A stretch of DNA of 61,498 nt from an uncultured Methanosarcinales archaeon (GTDB lineage: Archaea; Nanobdellota; Nanobdellia; Woesearchaeales; ARS49). A program made the translations under genes and the position numbers. The notes under the pieces were generated by a model. It was not told the DNA's origin, did not search any database, and saw only the letters and a list, made by a program, of their open reading frames with translations. Below are positions 1 to 6,360 of the stretch, piece after piece. The stretch covers positions 1 through 61,498 of the forward strand of contig CAYHXI010000001.1 in the NCBI GenBank assembly GCA_964360565.1, written 5' to 3'. How positions within the stretch are numbered: position 1 is the first letter of the stretch; every line of letters starts with the position of its first letter.

Positions 1-10
1 ACGGGGGGTT

Positions 11-65
11 GTCCCTTACGGGGACGTAGCGCCTACTGATTATGCTCAAGGATTTTGAAGGCGCT
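11..65. other. two GC-rich hairpins at the truncated left edge
   Basis: GTCCC-ttacg-GGGAC (11-25), and AGCGCCT (28-34) pairing with AGGCGCT (59-65). GC-rich relative to the surrounding sequence. Cut by the window edge. Confidence 0.3.
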
Positions 66-139
66 AAACACGTACATTCTTTCGAATATTTTATAAACCA
101 ACACTACACAAGAAGCAACTAATTAATGGGGGGATAAAA

Positions 140-559
140 ATGACAGAAGCAAACAACAGTTATGAATTAAAAGGAAGAGGATTTGAAAGTGTGAGAGAGT
201 TATGTGCAGATTTAAGGAATAAACTGAATGCAGAAGGATTTAATTTAATTCCTGGTGAGAATTGCACTAATATGGATGGAGTTCCGTTAACAGATGGCAA
301 AGCAGTCGGTTTAGTTTATTTATTAAGTGCAGATGATAAAAATAATGGAGTGGAAATATCAGTAGTATCTGATAAGTCTGCAGTACTTGAAGGTGAATCT
401 TTCTTTGACTATAGATTCTCAAAAGCAACAGTTAGACCATTCGGAGAAGTTGATGATGAAAGATTGAAAAACGGATTAGTTGAAGTGCTTTACGAACAGA
501 TGAGAAGAAATTATTTTAGCAGAAGAGTCGATGCTCTTGTTGCTGGAAAGGAGGATTAA
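140..559 (+). CDS. hypothetical protein, 139 aa, no family recognised
   Basis: Track ORF. G-run at 128-133 acts as a Shine-Dalgarno-like site 6 nt before the ATG. TTTATAAA box at 90-97. Stop lies 2 nt before the next ATG. Confidence 0.6.
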   Translation: MTEANNSYELKGRGFESVRELCADLRNKLNAEGFNLIPGENCTNMDGVPLTDGKAVGLVYLLSADDKNNGVEISVVSDKSAVLEGESFFDYRFSKATVRPFGEVDDERLKNGLVEVLYEQMRRNYFSRRVDALVAGKED

Positions 560-561
560 AA

Positions 562-1011
562 ATGACAGAACAAAAACTTAGTTTGGATGAAATGATTGAT
601 TTGGCGAAAGCGTTTGATAAGAATGGAAAGTGGAGGTTTGGAAAGACTAGAAATCCACAATTCTTTGAGGTTTTAGAAACTGAAAAATTAGATGAGGTAT
701 ATATGAAATTTTCACGTGATTGTAATACTTCGCTCAGATATTCCATCTATTTATCAATCAATGGAAGAGATTCTGAGGACGAGATCATAGTTGAAAATTA
801 TTTCGTTGACAGAGGTATTGTAAAGAATCGTAGGCCTAGTGAAGAATATTTGAAAATATCTGAACTTTATTCCATAGTTAAACTGGGCGCTTACGCTTCT
901 CAATCAGAAAGACAAAGACAAATAGATGCTGAAGCGAGTTACAGACATATTTTAATTTCACAAAGAAAAACTGACGCAATAGAAATAGCAAAAAAATTAA
1001 TTGAGAAATAA
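562..1011 (+). CDS. hypothetical protein, 149 aa, no family recognised
   Basis: Track ORF tightly coupled to 140-559; followed by T6 and T7 tracts. Confidence 0.6.
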   Translation: MTEQKLSLDEMIDLAKAFDKNGKWRFGKTRNPQFFEVLETEKLDEVYMKFSRDCNTSLRYSIYLSINGRDSEDEIIVENYFVDRGIVKNRRPSEEYLKISELYSIVKLGAYASQSERQRQIDAEASYRHILISQRKTDAIEIAKKLIEK

Positions 1012-1012
1012 C

Positions 1013-1030
1013 TTTTTTAATTATTTTTTT
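1013..1030 (+). terminator. oligo-T tracts (T6 at 1013-1018, T7 at 1024-1030), archaeal-type terminator candidate
   Basis: Two T-runs immediately after the stop at 1009-1011. Confidence 0.4.
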
Positions 1031-1056
1031 CAGTTCAAGTCCTGCGGACATTTAGA

Positions 1057-1096
1057 TTAAATTTGTGAGTTCGCAAGCTCACTCAGCAAATTTAAT
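1057..1096. repeat. hairpin repeat H1
   Basis: AAATTTG (1059-1065) pairs with CAAATTT (1087-1093), plus an inner stem. Contains GTGAGTTCGCAA (1065-1076) and TTCGCAAGCTCA (1070-1081), each found exactly elsewhere in the window. Confidence 0.7.
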
Positions 1097-1132
1097 AAAC
1101 TATTAAAAATTGACTTCTATTTTACTTTTGTG

Positions 1133-1324
1133 TTATTTTAACAAAGCTAATCCTGTTTTATATTCTTCTATAGTTTCGCTGGATTGTATTCCTGCTTTTA
1201 TTGCTTCTTGCATCATTTCATTAACAGTTACTCCTATTTTTTCAGCTGCTTTATCAATTGAGCACTTTCCTTCTCGGTATAGTTCTAAGTATTTTTTAAT
1301 AAGTTTCACATTCATAACAGTCAT
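1133..1324 (-). CDS. small helix-turn-helix protein, UPF0175-like (antitoxin-type fold)
   Basis: Motif LYREGKCSIDKAAEKIGVTVNEMM fits the UPF0175 pattern. The track ORF (to 1402) reads through hairpin repeat 1367-1399, so the start was moved to the ATG at 1324, 21 nt from TATA-like box 1346-1353. ATG at 1315 is also possible. Confidence 0.5.
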   Translation of the reverse strand: MTVMNVKLIKKYLELYREGKCSIDKAAEKIGVTVNEMMQEAIKAGIQSSETIEEYKTGLALLK

Positions 1325-1366
1325 AAAAAACATTAAGTATAAGTAATATAAAATATTTTCTGTTAT

Positions 1367-1399
1367 AATTTTTGCTGAGTTTACGAACTCGCAAAAATT
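1367..1399. repeat. hairpin repeat H2, immediately after the cobO stop
   Basis: AATTTTTGC-T-GAGTT tacg AACTC-GCAAAAATT gives 14 bp with one bulge. Read on the minus strand it starts with a T5 run, so it may also serve as the cobO terminator. Confidence 0.7.
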
Positions 1400-2010
1400 C
1401 AATACTCAATCCCTCTCCTTGCCAATATTCCTCTATCGTAAGGGTGCTTTATTCTTCTTACTTCGCTAACGTAATCTGCAACTTCCATTAATTCTTTTGG
1501 AGCGTCACGACCGGTAAATAATAGTTCAACATGCTGAGGTTTTTCTTTAATTAAATCCAGCGCAGCTTGAATGGGAATCAAACCTTTTTTTAAAGAGCAA
1601 TTTATCTCATCCAAAATAACAACATCATGTTCACCTTTTTTAATTATGTTAAACGCATGCTCTAAAGCTCTTCTTGCCGGCTCTGCTTCTTCATTATCTG
1701 AAGGAAAATGATAATATTTGCCTCCTCCTTTTGGACCAACTGGTTTTATTTCTACTTTATTTCCTCCTTCATACTCAAACATTTTCAGCTGTTTATCTTC
1801 CAAAGCATCTTTGCCGAACTGCACAATAGTCATGCTCGGAAGATATTTTTTAACAGCAAAAAGTTCACCAGTGTCCCCGCTCTTAAGAAACTGAATCATG
1901 TAAACCTTGAATCCCTGACCTATTGCTCTCAGTGCAAGTCCTAATGAAGAAGTAGTTTTTCCTCTACCATCTCCAGTAATGACGTGAACTAAGCCGTTTC
2001 TAGATTCCAT
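1399..2010 (-). CDS. cobO: cob(I)alamin/cob(I)yrinic acid a,c-diamide adenosyltransferase, CobA/CobO/BtuR type
   Basis: P-loop GDGRGKTTSSLGLALRA, then ILDEINCSLKKGLI and C-terminal HPYDRGILARRGIEY, all typical of the CobA-type family. Confidence 0.85.
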   Translation of the reverse strand: MESRNGLVHVITGDGRGKTTSSLGLALRAIGQGFKVYMIQFLKSGDTGELFAVKKYLPSMTIVQFGKDALEDKQLKMFEYEGGNKVEIKPVGPKGGGKYYHFPSDNEEAEPARRALEHAFNIIKKGEHDVVILDEINCSLKKGLIPIQAALDLIKEKPQHVELLFTGRDAPKELMEVADYVSEVRRIKHPYDRGILARRGIEY

Positions 2011-2132
2011 GAGTAGTATGTAGTCAGTGGTCTGTAGTCTTTGATTAATGGTTGGTGGCCTGTATTCAGTAGTGTAGATTTATTATCCACCAACAAATGA
2101 CTACTCACTACTTTCTACCGACCACTAACTAC
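2011..2132. repeat. GT/AC-word palindromic element, copy E1 (fills the nrdJ-cobO spacer)
   Basis: Outer stem 2020-2037 pairs with 2115-2132 (16 of 18 bp); inner stem 2050-2058 pairs with 2087-2095. Shares the 11-mer CTACCGACCAC (2115-2125) and the 14-mer TGACTACTCACTAC (2098-2111) with the other copies. Confidence 0.75.
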
Positions 2133-4333
2133 GCTAAGCTGCAAACTGAAAATCCACAGCTAGGACAGGTTGCGCATCCTTCGCTGAAAAAGATTTTACT
2201 GTTGCACTCGGGACAAAGGTCATCAGACTCTTGTTTTACAACAGATGGTTGTTGCACTTGCAAAGAAGGCTCGTTCTTTAATTTCTTTTTCTCTTCCAAA
2301 TTAATATTGAGCACTTGAACATCTTTGCTTCCATCTCTGTAAATAGTCACTCCTTTGCAGCCGAGTTTGTAAGCCAGCAAATAAACTTCTTCAACATCTT
2401 TTGTTGTTGCCCAATTAGGGAAGTTTACTGTTTTGCTAACCGCATTATCTGTAAATTCTTGGAATGCTGCCTGCATTCTGCAGTGCCAGTACGGAGAGAT
2501 GTCGTAAGATATTCTGAAAACATTTTTGACATCATCTGGAATCTCACCGAGGTCTTGAATTGTTCCTTTGTTAGCTATTTTTTTCATCAATTCTTCAGAG
2601 TAAAATCCTCTTTCTTTAGCTACTCTTTCAAAATATTCATTGATGTAAACTAATTCTTTTCCATCCATGACTACTTTTGTAAAGCAAAGCGCAAACAAAG
2701 GTTCTATTCCTGAACTGCAATCTGCTATCATACTAATAGTTCCAGTTGGAGCAATAGTTGTTCTCGTGCAATTTCTTATCGGAGTGCCTCCTTTGTATAT
2801 ACTTATGTCAAAGTTTGGGAATGGTCCTCTTACTTTTGCCAGCTCCATAGATGCTTTGTCTGCTTCAGTAGATACGAACAACATTAAATCTCTTGCAAGA
2901 TTTACTCCTTCTTCGCTGTCGTATTTTACTTTCATCTGGAATAAAAGATCTGCAAAGCCCATGATTCCTAAACCTATTCTTCTGTTAACTTTGCACATAT
3001 AATCTATCTGAGGCAAAGGATATTTGTTCATATCAATTACATTGTCTAAAAAGTGTATTGATGTGTGAACCATGCCTCTTAACTTTTCCCAGTTTACTTT
3101 GCCAGCATCATAAATTTTAGAAAGATTTATACTTCCAAGATTGCAAGCTTCGTAAGGAAGCAAAGGTTGCTCTCCGCAAGGATTTGTGCTTTCTATTTGT
3201 CCAAGAGTTGGAGTTGGGTTAGCTCTTGAATTATTTATTCTATCTATAAAAACAACTCCAGGGTCTCCAGTTTTCCAAGCCATTACAACAATTAAGTCGA
3301 ATACTTGTCTTGCACTTAATCTTTTCATAGCCACTCCAGTTTTAGGATGAACTAAATCATAGTCTTCTCCTTTTTCTAGAGCTTCCATGAATTTTTCTGT
3401 TATTGCTACAGAGATGTTGAAATTAAGAAGAGTTTTGTTATCTTCTTTCATAGTTATAAATTCTAAAATATCTGGATGGTCAACTCTTAGGATTCCCATA
3501 TTTGCTCCTCTTCGTTTACCTCCTTGCTTTACTACTTCGGTTGCGGCGTCAAAGACTTTCATGAAGCTTATAGGTCCTGAAGCAACTCCTTTAGTGCTTT
3601 TGACAATATCATTCTTAGGCCTCAATCTTGAGAAGCTGAATCCTGTTCCTCCACCGCTCTTGTGAATTATTGCAGTGTGTTTTACAGAATCAAATATTTC
3701 TTCCATACTGTCTCCAACTGGAAGAACAAAACATGCAGACAATTGCTGAAGCTCGTTTCCTGCATTCATTATTGTGGGAGTGTTGGGCAAGAATTCAAAG
3801 TTGCTTAAAATATCATAAAATTCTTTTTCAGTTCTTTGAACATCTTGACTGTATCTTGAATCTGCTTGAGAAAGATTATGCGCGATTCTAGTCATCATTT
3901 CCTCAGGACTTTCTATTATACTGCCAGACATATCTTTTTTCAAATATCTTTCTCTAAGAACTGTTAAAGAGTTCATAGATACTTTTAATGCAGTTGTTTT
4001 GCCGTCTAAAAGTGCAGACTTAGAATCTCTTAATTCTCTTCTTTTTTCTCTGTATAAAATGAATGTTTTTGCTGTTTTTGCGTGGCCGTTTTCCATTAAA
4101 ACTTTTTCTACCACATCTTGAACTTGTTCGACTGAAGGAACTTCATTAGGTTTAACATTTTTTTCTAACATCAATACAACTTTTCCAGCTAATTCTTCTG
4201 CTTTGATTCTATCTGAGCCGCCCACTGACTGGGCTGCTTTAAAGATTACTTCAGTTATTTTATCTTTCTGAAATGGAACAATATTTCCATCTCTTTTTTT
4301 TATTTGCGTTATTGTTGTTAATTCTTGAGTCAT
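2129..4333 (-). CDS. nrdJ: class II (adenosylcobalamin-dependent) ribonucleotide reductase
   Basis: N-terminal ATP-cone (IKKRDGNIVPFQKDKI). Catalytic core motifs LSACFVLPV, STNPCGEQPLLPYEACNLGS, APTGTIS. C-terminal CxxC...CxxC zinc ribbon. GGAGG 13 nt upstream of the ATG. Confidence 0.95.
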   Translation of the reverse strand: MTQELTTITQIKKRDGNIVPFQKDKITEVIFKAAQSVGGSDRIKAEELAGKVVLMLEKNVKPNEVPSVEQVQDVVEKVLMENGHAKTAKTFILYREKRRELRDSKSALLDGKTTALKVSMNSLTVLRERYLKKDMSGSIIESPEEMMTRIAHNLSQADSRYSQDVQRTEKEFYDILSNFEFLPNTPTIMNAGNELQQLSACFVLPVGDSMEEIFDSVKHTAIIHKSGGGTGFSFSRLRPKNDIVKSTKGVASGPISFMKVFDAATEVVKQGGKRRGANMGILRVDHPDILEFITMKEDNKTLLNFNISVAITEKFMEALEKGEDYDLVHPKTGVAMKRLSARQVFDLIVVMAWKTGDPGVVFIDRINNSRANPTPTLGQIESTNPCGEQPLLPYEACNLGSINLSKIYDAGKVNWEKLRGMVHTSIHFLDNVIDMNKYPLPQIDYMCKVNRRIGLGIMGFADLLFQMKVKYDSEEGVNLARDLMLFVSTEADKASMELAKVRGPFPNFDISIYKGGTPIRNCTRTTIAPTGTISMIADCSSGIEPLFALCFTKVVMDGKELVYINEYFERVAKERGFYSEELMKKIANKGTIQDLGEIPDDVKNVFRISYDISPYWHCRMQAAFQEFTDNAVSKTVNFPNWATTKDVEEVYLLAYKLGCKGVTIYRDGSKDVQVLNINLEEKKKLKNEPSLQVQQPSVVKQESDDLCPECNSKIFFSEGCATCPSCGFSVCSLA

Positions 4334-4353
4334 TTTCTTTAGGCCTCCTCTTT

Positions 4354-4431
4354 TTAGTCTGTGGTCAATAGTCTAGGGTCTGTAGCTTTTTGTAAATCTC
4401 TACTGACTACCGACCACTTACTATTAACTAC
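4354..4431. repeat. GT/AC-word palindromic element, copy E2 (nrdR-nrdJ junction, inside the nrdR reading frame)
   Basis: TAGTCTGTGGTC (4355-4366) pairs imperfectly with GACCACTTACTA (4412-4423). Contains CTACCGACCAC at 4407-4417. Confidence 0.7.
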
Positions 4432-4896
4432 TTTTTTCGGTTGCTGCAAGCTTTTAATCTCTGCAGTGAATTGTGAAACATCCTTGAATCTTCTGTAAAC
4501 TGAAGCGAATCTAATGTATGCAACTTCATCTATTTCTTTCAAGAAACGCATAACCATTTCTCCAATTAATTTACTTTTAACTTCAGATTGATCTAATCTT
4601 AGCAAAGAAGATTCTATTTTGTCAACTATTTCATCTATTTTTTCTCTTTTAACTGGACGTTTTTCGCAAGCTCTAATTAATCCTTTGAGAAGTTTTTCTC
4701 TTGAGAATTGTTCGATTCTTCCATCTTTTTTAATTACTGAAAGTCCGCTCATTTCAACTCTTTCGTAAGTTGTAAATCTTTTAGAGCAGTCCTCACACTC
4801 TCTTCGTCTTCTTATAGATTCAGAATTTGGAGTCAGCCTGCTGTCAAGCACTCTTGTTTCTTCATTTAAGCAAAATGGACATTTCAGTTTATTCAC
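4354..4896 (-). CDS. nrdR: transcriptional repressor NrdR (zinc ribbon + ATP-cone) with an unusual ~30-aa C-terminal tail
   Basis: KCPFCLNEETRVLDSRLTPNSESIRRRRECEDCSKRFTTYE zinc ribbon followed by ATP-cone VIKKDGRIEQFSREKL. The last ~30 codons are encoded by repeat element 4354-4431. Confidence 0.9.
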   Translation of the reverse strand: MNKLKCPFCLNEETRVLDSRLTPNSESIRRRRECEDCSKRFTTYERVEMSGLSVIKKDGRIEQFSREKLLKGLIRACEKRPVKREKIDEIVDKIESSLLRLDQSEVKSKLIGEMVMRFLKEIDEVAYIRFASVYRRFKDVSQFTAEIKSLQQPKKVVNSKWSVVSRDLQKATDPRLLTTD

Positions 4897-4930
4897 CTTT
4901 TTTATTTTTACAGTTGTTTTTCCAGAGTAA

Positions 4931-4957
4931 AGAAAATTACTGAACTAGTAATTTTCT
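4931..4957. promoter_or_regulatory. perfect 11-bp palindrome in the nrdR upstream or leader region
   Basis: AGAAAATTACT gaact AGTAATTTTCT, 35-60 nt upstream of the nrdR start codon. Confidence 0.4.
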
Positions 4958-5018
4958 AACTCCAAAAAGTCTTTAGCCTTTTCCGAGTAACAACAAACAG
5001 TGTTTTACCGTCGTAAAA

Positions 5019-5034
5019 CCACAATATGTTGTGT
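5019..5034. promoter_or_regulatory. candidate NrdR box
   Basis: CCACAATATGTTGTGT matches 14 of 16 positions of the published NrdR-box consensus acaCwAtATaTwGtgt as I recall it. It lies upstream of nrdR. Confidence 0.5.
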
Positions 5035-5051
5035 TTTATCATTGAACTAAG

Positions 5052-5067
5052 ACACTAGATAAGAATT
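5052..5067. promoter_or_regulatory. weak second NrdR half-box
   Basis: In ACACTAGATAAGAATT only the left half matches. Centre-to-centre distance to box 1 is 33 bp, against the ~31-32 expected. Confidence 0.25.
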
Positions 5068-5073
5068 TCCATG

Positions 5074-5085
5074 TTTATAAATATA
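5074..5085 (-). promoter_or_regulatory. TATA-like box possibly driving nrdR-nrdJ-cobO
   Basis: TTTATAAATATA. On the minus strand the predicted start site (~5050) would fall on the candidate NrdR boxes. Confidence 0.3.
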
Positions 5086-5128
5086 TTGTAATGGAAAAAT
5101 ATATTATATAAAAGATATAGAATTATGG

Positions 5129-5167
5129 CATATTTCCTGAATTCGCAAGCTCATTCAAGGAAATATG
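5129..5167. repeat. hairpin repeat H3
   Basis: CATATTTCCTGAA pairs with TTCAAGGAAATATG (13 bp, one bulge). The loop is the exact 12-mer TTCGCAAGCTCA (5142-5153) shared with H1. Confidence 0.7.
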
Positions 5168-5220
5168 AAAAGTTTATAAATAACTTCGTTTTGAAACTAA
5201 TAAATTAGGAGGTGTTGTGT

Positions 5221-5814
5221 ATGTTTGAAACAATACAAAAAAAATTTGAAAGTTTAGACAGTGTCTTTAACCAAAAAGCATATGACTCTGCCATAGATTC
5301 TGATAAAATTAGTGGGTTTGATCCCAATTCAGATAAACTTGATGAAAAATTAAAGAATTCGTGGCTAACTAGCATTCCTTTTGCGAAATTAACTGGCAAA
5401 GAAACTAAGTATGTTCTTCTTGAAGTAACTTTAGAAAGCGATGGCAAAAAATATTCTCAAAAACTTCTTCGTGGCTTTGAACAAGCAATAGATTCACATC
5501 CACTCATCGCTGAGTATTTTTTGAAAGAAGTAAAGTCCAAATTAGATGGTCTTTTAGAGCTTCCTCAAAGATGGCCAGAATCTGGCGAAGGAATTTATAA
5601 AAATCCAATTCCACAAATTGTAGTGGAAAAAGAAGGAGTGAAATTAACTATCTCCGTTTTAGGCGGTGCAAAGTACGATTTAAAAGATAAACGCATAAAT
5701 CGAAGAGGTCATAGCCAAGCATTTGGAGCGATACATTCTGAGTATAACAACGAAGTGAATGATATGCTGAAAATGCTGGTGAAGAGAGAAGAGTTTAGCG
5801 GGTTTGAAGTTTAA
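5221..5814 (+). CDS. hypothetical protein (~197 aa)
   Basis: Track ORF opens at GTG 5212, but AGGAGG at 5207-5212 sits 8 nt before ATG 5221, so 5221 is preferred. TTTATAAA box at 5173-5180. Confidence 0.6.
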   Translation: MFETIQKKFESLDSVFNQKAYDSAIDSDKISGFDPNSDKLDEKLKNSWLTSIPFAKLTGKETKYVLLEVTLESDGKKYSQKLLRGFEQAIDSHPLIAEYFLKEVKSKLDGLLELPQRWPESGEGIYKNPIPQIVVEKEGVKLTISVLGGAKYDLKDKRINRRGHSQAFGAIHSEYNNEVNDMLKMLVKREEFSGFEV

Positions 5815-6062
5815 TCATAAATATTCTTTCTGTGCCCTACTTTTACTATCAGTACTTGCAGAATATTTTGATTTATTTCTAAAATAACTCTATAATCTCC
5901 TACTCTTAGTCTGAAGAAAGGACTTCCAACAAGTTTTTTAACATATCTGTGAGGGTTTATTCTTAACTGTCCGACTTTGTTGTATATTTGTTTAGCTATA
6001 TTTTTATCAAATTTTTTTATAGAATCTAATGCAGAATCAGCCCAGATTAATGTAAATTCCAT
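5811..6062 (-). CDS. type II toxin, RelE/ParE superfamily
   Basis: 83 aa. Pattern FRLRVGDYRVI...VGHRKNIY is typical of RelE/ParE. 1-nt overlap with the upstream small ORF. Confidence 0.75.
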   Translation of the reverse strand: MEFTLIWADSALDSIKKFDKNIAKQIYNKVGQLRINPHRYVKKLVGSPFFRLRVGDYRVILEINQNILQVLIVKVGHRKNIYD

Positions 6063-6286
6063 TATAATCCCAGCACTGTTTTTGCTTGTTCGTGAGTTTT
6101 AAACTTGCCTTTTCTTATTTCTAATCTTGCATTTTCAATTTCTTTTTTTGTTTCTTCACTAAGTTCTCGGTTATTTTCCACTAATGTTTCTATCAGATCG
6201 TTATACGTTTCTCTCTGAAAAATCTTCATTCCATCCAAGATTTTTTTCAAGGCATAAGTTATTTGTATTGTCGTTGTCTCACTCAT
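6062..6286 (-). CDS. putative antitoxin partner of the RelE/ParE-like toxin
   Basis: 74 aa, directly upstream of and overlapping the toxin. TATA-like box 6308-6315 lies 21 nt from the start. Confidence 0.55.
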   Translation of the reverse strand: MSETTTIQITYALKKILDGMKIFQRETYNDLIETLVENNRELSEETKKEIENARLEIRKGKFKTHEQAKTVLGL

Positions 6287-6360
6287 AATATCAAGAATAA
6301 GTAGAAGTATTTAAATTCTTCTATAATGTACTATAGCACAGTATATTGAGATATAGTTGG

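Noticed and set aside
516-4000. Antisense or overlapping track ORFs (516-746, 1110-1346, 1708-1944, 2097-2318, 2315-2653, 2667-3002, 3387-3665, 3670-3891)
   Set aside because: They lie opposite strongly supported genes, and their translations are low-complexity or Cys/Phe/Ile-rich with no motifs.
2129-4333. Intein in the ribonucleotide reductase
   Set aside because: The length (734 aa) and uninterrupted catalytic motifs fit an intein-free class II enzyme.
2011-4431. Cobalamin riboswitch in the structured elements flanking nrdJ
   Set aside because: No B12-box-like conserved core is visible. A third copy lies at an unrelated locus (59140-59243). The elements are internal or 3-prime to genes rather than in a 5-prime leader.
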